Positions 1-13,377 of a stretch of DNA of 64,000 nucleotides are shown here, in pieces. The translations under genes and the position numbers were made by a program. The notes below the pieces were generated by a model. It did not search any database. It was not told where the DNA came from and saw nothing but the letters and a program-made list of their open reading frames with translations. The first letter of the stretch is position 1. Each line of letters opens with the position of its first letter. The DNA is from Amoebophrya sp. A120. Taxonomy: Eukaryota > Protista > Dinoflagellata. The DNA lies in assembly GCA_905178155.1 (NCBI GenBank), contig CAJINV010000001.1:2532089-2596088 (forward strand). Reading direction: 5' to 3'.

Positions 1-606
1 TTCATTCCTTGAAACGATAAGCTGCTCCTTTCCATCGGTTCTTGTAAAATTTCTCATAAGCATTTCCATTTTATAAATAATTGTTCTCGCTTTCGAGTGG
101 ACGACGTGGGCTCTTTGATATTCCGCAGTTTTTCGAAACTTTCGGCTCCTCGTGCTTATTGCTCTCATTCTTCTTGAAGTTTGCTATAATTCGTGGTTCC
201 CGCAAAAATTGGCTCTGGTCGTCTGTTTATCTTACAGTCTCATAATCATGAATAGGTGTAAAACGACGTCCTGCTGGCGCTACTGCTGGATGGTACGGCT
301 ACGCTGCAAGCTATTTGCTTCTACCAGCCCTCACGGCCTGCAAGTTTGTTGAAATAAAGACTGCTTTCCAAGACATTGCGCTCACGCACGGCAACTGTTT
401 CAAGCATACGGAAACTTCTAATGAATCGATAGTGCCAAGGCAGCGAGCTCGCAAAAAAAGCAGCTTCAGGAAAAAGTGCATGGATAGAGATCGTGACAAA
501 TCAAAAGTAACCCAAGCAAACCGGCAACAACCAGTTGAGAAAGCATCGCTTGGTTGCCCCCTCAGCACAAGCAATAGAAAACTTCGACATAAACGTAGTT
601 CTACTT

Positions 607-2240
607 CTACCCGTATGGATTACAGATTCCGCCCCCAAAGCTACTTGTCGGGGAAGCGGAAATCGGCGGCAACCCGACTAATTCAACTCCGTCCGCCGCC
701 CCGATGCAGGCGAGGTTTTGCTTCTCGAAGTAGCTGATGTGTGCGATGGGTTTGTTTGCGCCCGCGTCGTACTCCAGAACGTTACGCGCTCGCGTGTTCA
801 TGAGAGCGTTTTGCTGCTGCTGTGCCTGAGCTTGCGCTTGTGCCGCGACCGCTGCAGCATCCACTGCGCCGGCGGTATTTCCTGTAGTTCCTGTCATCCC
901 CGGCTGGAGCACTGGTCCAGTACTTGACGTCCCGCCTGGATTTGTACTACTATTCAGGCTGAAACTATTCGGATCGACCAAAAATTGTGGCCGCACGTCA
1001 AACACCGACACCAGTCCGTCATTCGAGCCAACCAGCAGATGCGCCCGGTCCATCCAAGCAATCGAGTTCGCAGGTGTGTTGGGCATGTGGGTTAAGGCCA
1101 TAGAGGGCTTCCGAATGTCCAGCACGATCACGCCAACGCCGTCCTGTTTTAATTATTATTGTACACAATTTTTATATCTCCACGCGGCTGCAGAAGATCT
1201 TGTCGTGCAATAAATGATATGCCGCAAATAATCCAACATACATGTACATTCGCAAGGAGAACAGAAAAAAAGAATTCTTCTCCCCGCAAACTCCTAAAAC
1301 CCTACCTGAGCGACCACGGCTGCCATCAGGTTCGTGTCGAATTCGTTCCAGGCGAGCCGCAGCAACGGGGCGGAAGACTCGTAGATGATGGTGGAATGAT
1401 CTAAATTTTTCTGATCAAACAACCGCACGGACCCGTCCGCGCCGACGGACGAGAATAAGTTATCAAGCGTCGGCGAGAAGGCAATGTCGTAGACCGCGCG
1501 GTCGTGGGCGATCAGTTGGGTTTCGATCTTCTGCTTTTCCAGGTTCCAGATCGTGCACGTCGTGTCCACGCTGGAAGTTCCCAATTTGTGCCGGTTTTGC
1601 TGTGATAGATTGCACTTGATGTTGATCTCCCGTTACATTATTTTGCTGGCGCGAAGATCATACCTGAAACAAAAGAACAAATCTTGATCTGTCACAAAAC
1701 ATAGTACAACTCAGCAGCCCGGTCAATATCTTTTTCTTTGGATTCTCTATAATACCGGGCACCAATGGAAGCTGGTCAGCGGCGGCAGTTCCAGTTGCGT
1801 CATTTGCGTCCTCGCCTGGTTCAGCACCGCCACCTCCTTCAACTGGCCCTGCTGTTCCTGGTCCCCCGGGTAGTACCGCCAAAGGCGGAGAGTCTGTCCC
1901 GTGCCGGCCAGGAGATCCTGTTCCCACATCAGCTTCGTGACCGGAAACGCCACATCCGCCTCCGCGACCTTGTGAAAGGAACCGGACTCCATGTTCTCCT
2001 CAATTACTTGCAGCTTGTTCTCCTCCCGCATCAAGTAGGAACCCATGGCAAACCTGAAGGAAGAGGTGGAACGCAGCAAAAGTTGTAGCCACGGAGTGAT
2101 AAAGAAGAAGTCGCTCGTGATGATGTCGATGTGATCGAACACGGGCGGCAGAGGCCAGGGCGCGGCGCGTGGTACTTCTTCTTTTTACGTTCGGCTTTCG
2201 CAATAAACTGCACAAAAAATGATAAAGTTCTTGTGCACAT
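607..2240 (-). CDS. DCAF7: WD40-repeat protein, DCAF7/WDR68/AN11/TTG1 family (spliced; 5' end uncertain)
   Basis: Exons give [32 protein letters not shown]|[73 protein letters not shown] and IVLDIRKP, all diagnostic family motifs. GT-AG introns at 1144-1305 and 1600-1755. The N-terminal YHAP-WPL motif is split by a 5-bp duplication at 2159-2168. Confidence 0.85.
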
Positions 2241-2837
2241 TTACTGCGAGCGAACACAGTAGCAAAGCAACGCTACTCAGCGAGCATGGGCGGCGCGGCG
2301 CGGGCTGCAGACAGATTTTGCTGAATGATAGCACGATGTTGAGCCACTGAAAGATACCAAATTAATATCTTCCTGTAGATAGTACTGATTCTTTTTCTCT
2401 GTAACATGACCTCTTTCTTGATGACGTCAATTTTTTTACATGTGCTTTCCCCGTCGTTTGTTATGCGCCGTGGCGAACACGGGCAAGTCAGCGTCGTACG
2501 TCATTCGAATGATCGGCGGCCACTTATCCTGTGCAAAAGTACTATCACACTGCTACAGTATTTGCATGACAAGCCAATTTTCATTTTCTGAGTCAGCATT
2601 ACGACTTTTATTCTTTCTTTGTAATGTTCGATGCTTTTGCATTGCATACTCCTCCCCAGGCGACAATTCTGCAAAGTCCTCCCATCTTCCCGTTGTGCTG
2701 CTGGGCGGCGTCCACCGGGATTGCTGCTGCGAGGGGTCACTGTGGGATGTTTTTTGTTGATAGATTCTGGCGCTGGTTGATCTGAAAAAAGTTGTAGACA
2801 CCATAGATGGTACAACAAACTTGTACTTATCAGCAAC

Positions 2838-3185
2838 TATAGCCAATCAAAGTCAAACCTGCAGGATACATAAGGATTCCTGACACGACATCATAGGAGT
2901 AGGACGACGCTATCAACATTTGTTTTTATAGTCGATGGACGCATGCACCCTATAAGAACCTCACCTGACGCCCCCCAGACTGTCCGCGGTGGGCAAATTT
3001 GTTCCGGTATGATCCCAGTGGTCTTTCTGGTTGTACCACCAGACTTGTTCATTTCCCGCTGTATTGTACCAGGACTGGTCATTGCTTCCGTAGTAATCCG
3101 GCCAGGACTGGTAGCTCATGGTGCCCCCATGGTGCTGGTGCTGCGGCGCGGCGCCGACATGCTGTTGGGTCGTCGCGGTGTTCAT
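2838..3185 (-). CDS. possible 3' exons of a small low-complexity (Q/H/W/Y-rich) hypothetical protein
   Basis: ORF 2961-3185 ends in a CAG|GTGAG donor. An acceptor GCAG|G near 2859 would add FDFDWL*. No recognisable domain. Confidence 0.25.
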
Positions 3186-4664
3186 CTAGCTGGCACTTTG
3201 TCTACTTGTGAAACAAGTCGTCGCGGTGCAGCTCTCTCCACAGCTGCACGACCCCAGGGGGTAGTTCTCGTGATAAGTAAGTAAGTAAGTGCACCGGAAA
3301 AAGCGTCGCCGCGAACTGTGTGCTGGTGGCGTCTGTTGTATAATGCTTTTTGCCTCTTGCTTGCTCCTGTGTGTGCGCTTCCAAAACGAATTGATTCTGC
3401 CGGTGACACTGCCGTCAGAATAATTCGGCGGCCCAAATCTTCTACAGTGAAGTGCCGACCGTTGTTGTTATTTCGTATTTCCCCAGTCGGCAAAAGGTGA
3501 CTCCCGAAAATATTTTCCAGCTTCTGCGTAGTTGCTTTGGGTACTAGTTGTAGTAGGACGTCGTTGTAGTAGTAGGACGTAGTAGTGGAACCACCAACCT
3601 GGTAGTTTGTAGCCGAAAATGGTGTTCCGCTTCGCTCTCGCAGAAATTATCCACTTCTCCGGAGCTTCTTCGATGAAAAAGCCGCTCCGGTTCTTCTTCT
3701 TCCCCGCAACAAGGAGGAAAGAAACACTGCTACGCGACTGCGCAGCCGGTGACGCCCGTGCGCGTCTCGTCCCCACGTAGAAAACAACCTAATTGCAGCA
3801 CCGCGAGGATGTTGAAAGACGATCCAAAGAAAGTATGAACACGCAAGCAAACGATTTGAATGCACAGACGCACGCACAATAGGATTAGGAATAGGCACAC
3901 ACGACTCTGCATGAGACATACACTCATCGGATAGGCGGAAAAAACCGCACTCAGGAACAAGCTCATGTTCCTTCCCTCTACTTCGCTCCTCTGTTTTTCG
4001 TTTTCCCCCACCGCTCGAAGGATGTTGCTCACCACTTTTGTTCCACCCAAACTGACTCCAACTCCGTTCCCGAAAACCCTCTCGTGATGAAGATGGAACA
4101 AGAACGCATTCAATAAATCAACTTTCCGTGCCTCGTCAATTGCCGATGCGAAAAATACCTTCCGCGTCAAGGATATTGTGTGTTTCTTTGCCTGATCTCG
4201 TATAGTTCTTTGACTATTCGGTGTTCTCACAGAGATCAGAGATTTGGTTCCCCCTAACAGATAATTTATAATCTGGCGAGCGCGCGTCCTACGTAATCGG
4301 ATTATGCAACTTTTGAAGCAGACACGTCAGCGATCGTATTCTCGCCGATATCGCAGATGCACGTTCGTCCTTCGCCTGATTGTTCTGAAGGCACTTTTAC
4401 GGGCAATTGTGCGGCGGCGGGCCATGAGATTTTTTCCCGTCGTGGCCACCACCCCATTGCAAAATAGTAGATGACATAAACAGATGATTTTTCGATGTGT
4501 AAAGTTTTGCGTACTAAGGTAATTTTTCACATGACAATAAATATCGTCAAAACAACATACAGCTCTTTGCGCTAGCAGTGCATTGACTGTTTCTTCGAAA
4601 TCATAAAAACGCAAAATTTCAACAATGTCGTAACCACTGCGATTTCTATGCTCCTGCGCGGGTT

Positions 4665-6172
<1,508 letters not shown>

Positions 6173-7167
6173 GTTAGTCGCCTGCGAAATTCAAATTTAT
6201 TGGAATTGGAATGAAGCGTCGCCCCGAATCAGGTTAAAGATCTTGTGCATATTAATCGACTGGAATGATAATGAGTTTGAATTTCAATTTGGGTTGTAAC
6301 AAGTAATAAGCAACAGTACAAAAATCCAATACCGAACTGCTTGCAGCGGGCATGTTTTGGGACAGAGTCATACGAGCATAAAGAATTTAGCAGACATTTT
6401 AACGAAACCGGAAAAAGAACGCAGACGGAGAACTTCTAAGGAACCAAAACATGCTGTACCTCAAAAACGAAAAACATGCTGTACCTCAAAACAAGTAGAC
6501 AAGAATGCATGGGCAAAACGAAGTAAAAACCAGCTTCCAACGTAAGCAGAATAGCACTTCGGATCAGAAGCTGTACACAAGTACGCCAAGAGCAGCGGAT
6601 TCTCAGAAACCAATCCTCATTTCGCTCGGGTCCCTGATTTTAGTTTTACCTTCCACAAAGCCGCAGTAATAACACGAACACGGCGGTGCTGTCGACCTCT
6701 GAGGCAAATTATGCAACAACCAGATTTTATCCACTTGCAGCGCGATTACGCTTCTGCACAAGGACAAGACCGCAACATGGTGGTTGCAACATAACTTTTG
6801 AATTTTCACGACCTGACGACGATAATTATTGTGACAGTGTAAATCAATCGGCTTTTCTTCAGAAACGAGTGGACACGGATCTTTCAAAACCGGCCGTCGC
6901 TGAACGACATGACCACGAGAATAGTGCACCAGTGCGTCAGCTCTAAAGAAACTATCAGAACTTCCGCTTTGGGTCGTCCAGGAAGCACGTTGACCAGGCA
7001 CAGCATATAGTGTGATCAAGACTGAGTGTCGCTGTTGGTGTTTGTTGTCATTGTCTTTTCGTTTCCACCGCGCACTAGTCAGTGGGAACGAAATCAGCCT
7101 CGGCCTGCGGATAGGTAGGCGAAAGCTGATATAATACCCAAAGCGAATCAGTTCGTTGCTCACCTAC

Positions 7168-8760
7168 CAATGCACTCGGTCCTCGTCCTGTTATACTTGT
7201 ATACAAAACGGCGCTCCTAATACCCTAACTGATCCGAAGAGGCGTAAGCATCACCCTGTTTTTGAGGTGGCGCTTCGTTTTAATTTCCAACGTCCTCCCC
7301 TCAGCTCGCACTGCGCTCTCTTCGCCGTTGCAACTCCTTGAGCTTCTCCAGAATCTCCTGAAGTATACAGGCTTCGGGTGTGGAATCGCTATTCGGCTCA
7401 GATTTCGGACCTTGCCACTCCAATCCGAATTGGACGGCGCGAATGAGGTCATCTAAGCTCACGTTGCAGTTGGGCAGCAGCTCCAGAAAGCGGTCCTTGA
7501 TCGCAGATGCCGCGGGGAGGAACTCGCACGACGTTATTGTATACGCAGCTGCGTTCACGAGCACCTTGCCCCAAGCACTGTCCTGCGCTGGAAACTGATT
7601 GAGACTCATCTGCTTTGCCAAAAACGCGCCCAGCTCTGCAAAAGAACGCCACTTCAACACACTTGTTCCGCTCCGCGGATGGTCCAGAAGATCTGAGTGA
7701 AGTATGTAAAATGAGAGCATGGTCTTCCCGTCGCCGGCCCGCCAGTCGTAAAGCTCTTCAGGCCAATCCAGCTCCTGCAACAAGAACAGCAAAGCTCGAG
7801 GAAGGCTGGGCCTGTTCCGCCAAGCACGGCGCAGAAACAAACGCGGCAAAGGGACGACGCCAAAACTCTCCCGGTCCAATACTAAACTGAGACTGAGTTC
7901 ATGTGCGTCTTCGTGCGACGTACACCGAACCCGCATCAATGCTGACACCAGCTCTGCGGCGTTGTAATTTTCTGCGGATTTCGTAACCTCGAGAAGCATT
8001 TCAGTCAGACGAACTTGAGCATCCTGGTCCTTTTCCACATCCCGAATCCTTAGGACCCCACGGACGTAGGCGACCGCAAAGCGATCCCACCTCTCAACAG
8101 TATTCCCCTTTATGGCCTGGCAGTACTGCTCCGCAGCGCGAACGACTGCTTGACTACTGACGCCGCAAAACTGGCATCTTGTCTCGATTATGCGGCCCAG
8201 TACCTCTAGGCACCTGCACGCCGCCGCTTCCTCTGCGCCGTCAAGTGGCCTAGAAATATACGTCGCAAAGTCAAAGCTTTCGCGATTGTCATACGCGGAA
8301 AAGCTCCTCGGGGTCTGTGCAAAATCGGGCACCTCTTTCCGACACATTTCCCGCAGCAGGTCCTTCATATCTTTAGGCCGCGCAAAATACTGTAGCGCAA
8401 ATTCACTGGAATCATCTTCCTTCGCCCTGCGTGGGTTACCACCGGAGTCGGCCGCAGCAACACTACCGTCTGTATCGTTTTCGTTTTCTTCCTCTGCCTG
8501 TCCCTCTCCCCCTTTTTGCGCCTCCTCCCGCCAATTAGATGCGGGCGACAGAAAATCTGCCCCCTCGCATGGAACTAGGAACAGAAATTTGTAGGTCGCA
8601 GGCTCTTCTACAAGAAGACCGCCTTTGGTGGACTTGTTCTGGAGAAAAGACTCCAAGTTCTTGACAGTCACGACGGTGTCGGGAATTCCCACGACCGCGG
8701 CGGCCTCGCCGGCCATGTTGATGAGTTTTAACTGCGACACCATATTACTGGTTGAAAATG
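7168..8760. repeat. segmental duplication unit, highly similar to ~11796-13390
   Basis: Long near-identical stretches, including the 3' flank (caatgcactcggtcct...gcgtaagcatcaccctgttt) and the whole ORF. Confidence 0.9.
7301..8743 (-). CDS. hypothetical protein, tandem family paralogue A (480 aa, intronless)
   Basis: Long intact ORF, closely paralogous to 11929-13377 and more distantly to 9343-11232. Confidence 0.85.
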   Translation of the reverse strand: MVSQLKLINMAGEAAAVVGIPDTVVTVKNLESFLQNKSTKGGLLVEEPATYKFLFLVPCEGADFLSPASNWREEAQKGGEGQAEEENENDTDGSVAAADSGGNPRRAKEDDSSEFALQYFARPKDMKDLLREMCRKEVPDFAQTPRSFSAYDNRESFDFATYISRPLDGAEEAAACRCLEVLGRIIETRCQFCGVSSQAVVRAAEQYCQAIKGNTVERWDRFAVAYVRGVLRIRDVEKDQDAQVRLTEMLLEVTKSAENYNAAELVSALMRVRCTSHEDAHELSLSLVLDRESFGVVPLPRLFLRRAWRNRPSLPRALLFLLQELDWPEELYDWRAGDGKTMLSFYILHSDLLDHPRSGTSVLKWRSFAELGAFLAKQMSLNQFPAQDSAWGKVLVNAAAYTITSCEFLPAASAIKDRFLELLPNCNVSLDDLIRAVQFGLEWQGPKSEPNSDSTPEACILQEILEKLKELQRRRERSAS

Positions 8761-9342
8761 TGAGTCTGCTATTTACTTGCTATGTGGAACCAAATGAAGC
8801 GAAAATCACTTCTAGAAAGTCAAGCAATGTTTTGATCTAGCGCGTTTCGGAAGTCAACAACCTATACCTAGTCATGAAGACTCGTAACTCGATTCTCCTG
8901 CTGAAGATAAAGTCTGGATCTGGAAGCAAAAAAAAGGAAGAGAGGGCTTTGCCGTCGGAATGTTCCAGCCAACACCGGAAAAGAAGTTTCACTTTGATCT
9001 TAGGATGTGAATCAACAGCAAAGTGCCGAATTGTACTTCATTCCCAACACAGGCTACAATCTTGCTGGTGCATTACAACTCATATGATCAGCCATAGGCA
9101 GCTGCGCACAGCCCGTTAGAGTACAGCAGCGGTCACGCCTGCTTGGACACCTGTGGCAGACCATGAAACAAGAAGGTCTGCTGACTTTCTTCAGTATGCG
9201 GAAGTAGAACGTTTCAGAAACCGGCCCGCAAAAAAAACAATTAAGCTTCTTTGGCACTTATGAAAACATAAACAAATCGGCCATGTACATTTTATCTGTC
9301 TTTCAGTCGTATCTATCCTCCCCTCGTTCATGAAATGAAAGC

Positions 9343-11232
9343 CTACAAATCCTCGTCGCGACTCGCGAGAAGACCCGCAGCCCCGGACAACCTCCAGCAC
9401 AGTGCCTGGTGCTCCGACATGAGCTTCCCGTCCTGCGAGTCGTCCTCTCCCTCCGCGTCACTGCCCTGGTGCTCCTGCTCGAATTTCTCGAACGCCTGGA
9501 TGGCCTCCTCCACCATCGCGCGCGCTTTGACGGCAGCGTCGCCCGTCCAGTCCCCGGTCTCCAGTTCGTCCTCGAGGCTCCAAATCATCTCGCTGACGTC
9601 CAAAGGCGTGAAGTCGCAGCCCGGCTGCTGCAGTTCGCCGACCAATCGGTCCTTGATCGCTTTCACGACGGGTAGGAACGCGCGCAACTTTGCCGCCAAA
9701 GCGGCGGCGACGCCCAAGGCTACGCGCCCGTCCTGGTTGTCCAAACAGAGTTGGTGCACAGTCATTTTCTTGGCCAAAAACACGCACAGGTCCGGCTCCG
9801 ACTGCCACCCTTGGCTTTTCCGAACCTCCCGTCGGGGTCGGTCTAATAAGGTCAGCAGCATGTTGTTCTTTTTGACGTTGTACCAACCAAAAAACTCCTC
9901 TGGCCAATCGAACGCCTGCAACAAGACCTTCATGGCACGGGGGACACTCTCCTCCGAGGTAATTTGGCGCGAGAAGGGCAAAAGGAAAAACGGCACGGGT
10001 GCCAAGGCCATATCGTCCGCATTCGCCTTCAAATGCAGTTCCAAACACTCGGGCAGCGAGCACGGAATGTTTAGCAGCGGTGTCACGGGATCCTTGCTCC
10101 AGTCGTCATGCGCTTTGATCAGCCGGATGAGCATTTCTACCAGTTGTACTTGCGCACTCTCGCTGTTTTTTGCGTCCACGCTCCTGACAACTACTAGGAC
10201 GAAGAGGTATGAGAAATGCCCCCGTACCAGCGAGTGTTCGAGCGCGTGTTCGCCTACGACCCGGCAGTGCTCCTCGGCCGTCCGAAGTAGCGCCTCCACC
10301 GGCTTCCGGCACGACTCCTTCGCAAACAGCGGCCTCGGTTGCTTCACAAAAAACGTCTTCAGGAAACTCAGCAGATCGAGACACTTGCACAGGGTCGCCT
10401 CCACCGCGGTATCCTTTTCCAAAGGCTCCAAGATGTATTCCGCAAAATCCCGGTCCACATGCTTGGACAGCAAATCGGTCAGCTCCGTGTGCCTCGCCAG
10501 CTCTTCCTTGCTCGTGGCCGCGCGGCGATGCGCCTCGACCACGTCCCTTAGCACGTCCTTGAAGTTTTTTGGCTTGGCCACGTACTGGAGCACAGAATCA
10601 GTCGTCGCAGAAGTAGTTATATTATCCCCCTCGCTTGCTGCCGTTTCTGTGGACGCAGTTGTACTAATTTCGACATCTGCGCCGTCTTCCTCGTCCTTCA
10701 CAATGTTGGCACTACTACTACCACCCCACCGCCGCGCCTCCTCCCGCCAGTTGCCCCCGGGCGGTAAGAAATCCGCCCCGTCACTCGGCACGAGGAAAAA
10801 GAATCGATACGTCCCCGGGTCTATGAATTGCAAATATGTCTGAATCTGGAAGGATGTAACTTGTATTGTATGTAATGCTGCATTTGGATTCTGAAAAAAT
10901 CTGTATTGCAGGAACAGCAAAAGAGGTGCGCTTTTTGCTACACGGAGGGGGCATTTCTCATGCAGTATGGGCATCAGAAAGCCGTCACAATAGCTGTGAT
11001 GCTAGAGCATGCATCACAGACATCGCCGGGCCCGGGGATCGGGATGCAAAATGTGCATGACAAACTTCCAGACCCAGACATATTTGCAGTTGATAGGGTC
11101 CTCGATGAGAAAGCCGCTCTGGCTGGCCTGCAGAGCCGCCTCCAAGTCCGCCACGGACTCCACAATGTCCGGGATATGCATGACCGCGGCGTCATCCCCG
11201 GCCATGTTGAGAAGTCTTAACTGGGAGGTCAT
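9343..11232 (-). CDS. hypothetical protein, tandem family paralogue B (2 exons)
   Basis: Exon 1 MTSQLRLLNMAGDDAAVMHIPD..GFLIEDP joins exon 2 GTYRFFFLVPSDGADFL across the introner at 10822-11095, matching VEEPATYKFLFLVPCEGADFL in paralogue A. Confidence 0.85.
10822..11095. mobile_element. introner element (TAT-N4-TGCAAATATGTCTGGGTCTGGAA family)
   Basis: TIR TAT-N4-TGCAAATATGTCTG(AA/GG)TCTGGAAG; GGGTC direct repeat at 10817-10821 and 11096-11100. Confidence 0.93.
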
Positions 11233-11489
11233 CCTGTCTGCGAGAGAGTAACAGTAAGATACTTACTTAGCCAGAGGCAAAGCGCGATAAAATGAAAACT
11301 CAATACCAAACTACTACAACCAAAAAACGGGTCCGGAAATTCAACAGCCTATAGTCGACAACGCCGGATTTCCCTGCGGCCTTATTGTGAAAAATGAGCC
11401 GGCGATCAATAACCACAATAGGTGACCGTGCGAGAGAGGAAAGAACCCTTCTCCCACGACAAAGGATCTCTGTCGCCATCTGGTGCGAG

Positions 11490-11730
11490 AGTCAGTTTGG
11501 AACCTACAACGCACCCAGTCTGGAACCCAAAACGAGGCCAGTTTGGATCGCAGTCAACGTCGAACAGATGCGAACCTCACACGCCCATCCATATTCGAGC
11601 ATCAAAAGTGGGCTAGTGGAATGTTGCATTGCACTAACAGACGCGTCAACTACACGAATATCTAGACTCGAAAACCCTAGAGCGCCGCTCCTGGAGTGAT
11701 TTTCGTTTATCGTCCTCACGAAACCTTGCA
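11490..11730. repeat. duplicated non-coding segment upstream of paralogue B, second copy ~13840-14090 upstream of paralogue C
   Basis: Shared blocks tcgaacagatgcgaacctcacacg, agacgcgtcaactacac and tcgaaaaccctagagcgccgctcctggagtgatttt. Confidence 0.8.
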
Positions 11731-11928
11731 AGCGCAGCACGAGGGGGTGGAAGCTGATTTTATACCGAAAGCGATTTAGTTCTTTGCTCAGCTAGCAATG
11801 CACTCGGTCCTGTAGTTATACTTGTATGGTGCAAAACGGCATTCCTAACACCCGACCGAATCAGGAGAGGCGTAAGCATCACCCTGTTTTTAAGGTGGCG
11901 CTTCGCTTCAAATTCCAACGTTTTCCCC

Positions 11929-13377
11929 TCAGCTCGCACTGCGCTCTCTTCGCCGTTGCAACTCCGTGAGCTTCTCCAGAATCTCCTGAAGTATGCGGCA
12001 GGCTTCGGGTATGGAATCGCTATTCGGCTCAGATGTCGGAACGTCTGACTCCAATCCGCGTTGGACGGTGCGAATGAGGTAATCTAAGTTTATGTCGCAG
12101 TCGGGCAGCAACTCCAGAAATCGGTCCTTGATCGCTACCACCGCGGGGAGGAACTCGCGCGACTTTGTTGCATACACAGCTGCTTTCACGAGCCCCTTGC
12201 CCCAAGCACTGTCCTGCGCTGGAAACTGATTGAGACTCATCTGCTTTGCCAAAAAGGCGCCCAGCTCTGCAAAAGAACGCCACTTCAACACACTTGTTGC
12301 GCTCCGCGTTTGGTCCAGAAGATCTGAGTGAAGCATGCAAAATGAGAGCATGGTTGCCCCGTGGCCGGACCGCCAGTCGTAAAGTTCTTCCGGCCAGTCC
12401 AGCTCCTGCAACAAGAACAGCAAAGCACGAGGAAGGCTGGTCCTTTTCCGCCAAGCACGGCGCAGAAACAAATGCGGCAAAGGGGACGGGACGACGTCCC
12501 CCTGGTACAAACAGTGGTCTTCCGCGTCTTCAACCGTACACCGGACCCGCATCAATGTTGACACCAGCTCGGCGGCATTGTAGTTTTCTGCGAAATTCAT
12601 GAGCTCGAGAAGCATTTCCGTCAGCTTTACTTGAGCATCCTGGTCCCCTTCCACATCGCGAATCCTTAGGACCCCACGGACGTAGGCCACCGCAAAACGA
12701 TCCCAGCTCTCAACAGTATTGGCTTTTATGGACTGGCAGTATTGCGCCGCAGCGCGAACGACTGCTTGACTACTAACGTCGCACAAGTGGCCTATTCCCT
12801 CGATTGTAAGGCCAAGCACCTCTAGGCACGTGCACGCCGCCGCTTCCTCCGCGCCGTCAAGCGGCCTAGCAATATATATATACGCCGGCAAGTCAAAGCT
12901 TTCATAATCGTCATACGCGGAAATAAAATTTGGACGCAACTTTACAGAGTGCACAATGTGGTCGGACCCTTCCTTCCGACACATTTCCCGCAGCAGGTCC
13001 TTCAGATCTTTAGGCCGCGCAAAATACTGTAGCGCAAATTCACTGGAATCATCTTCCTTCGTCCTGCGTGTGTTACCACCGGAGTCGGCCGCAGCAACAC
13101 TACCGTCTGAATCGTGTTCGTTTTCTTCCTCTGCCTGCCCCTCTCCCCCCTTTTGCGCCTCCTCCCGCCAATTAGATGCGGGCGACAGAAAATCTGCCCC
13201 CTCGCATGGAACAAGGAACAGAAACTTGTAGGACGCAGGCTCGTCAACAAGAAGACCGCTTCTGGTGGGCTTCTGGAGGAAAGCCTCCAAATCCTTCACA
13301 GTCGCGACGAATCCGGGAATTTCCACGACCGCAGCGTCGTCGCCGGCAATGTTGATGAGTTTTAACTGCGACGCCAT
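11929..13377 (-). CDS. hypothetical protein, tandem family paralogue C (intronless)
   Basis: Intact ORF; start placed at MASQLKLINIAG by alignment to paralogues A and B. Confidence 0.85.
   Translation of the reverse strand: MASQLKLINIAGDDAAVVEIPGFVATVKDLEAFLQKPTRSGLLVDEPASYKFLFLVPCEGADFLSPASNWREEAQKGGEGQAEEENEHDSDGSVAAADSGGNTRRTKEDDSSEFALQYFARPKDLKDLLREMCRKEGSDHIVHSVKLRPNFISAYDDYESFDLPAYIYIARPLDGAEEAAACTCLEVLGLTIEGIGHLCDVSSQAVVRAAAQYCQSIKANTVESWDRFAVAYVRGVLRIRDVEGDQDAQVKLTEMLLELMNFAENYNAAELVSTLMRVRCTVEDAEDHCLYQGDVVPSPLPHLFLRRAWRKRTSLPRALLFLLQELDWPEELYDWRSGHGATMLSFCMLHSDLLDQTRSATSVLKWRSFAELGAFLAKQMSLNQFPAQDSAWGKGLVKAAVYATKSREFLPAVVAIKDRFLELLPDCDINLDYLIRTVQRGLESDVPTSEPNSDSIPEACRILQEILEKLTELQRRRERSAS

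Noticed and set aside
3200-4660. Short ORFs between the WD40 gene and Rab4, and at 6603-7163
   Set aside because: No coherent exon chain or domain could be assembled.
9335-10843. 502-aa plus-strand ORF
   Set aside because: Exact antisense of paralogue B, Ser-rich, and not conserved in the other paralogues.
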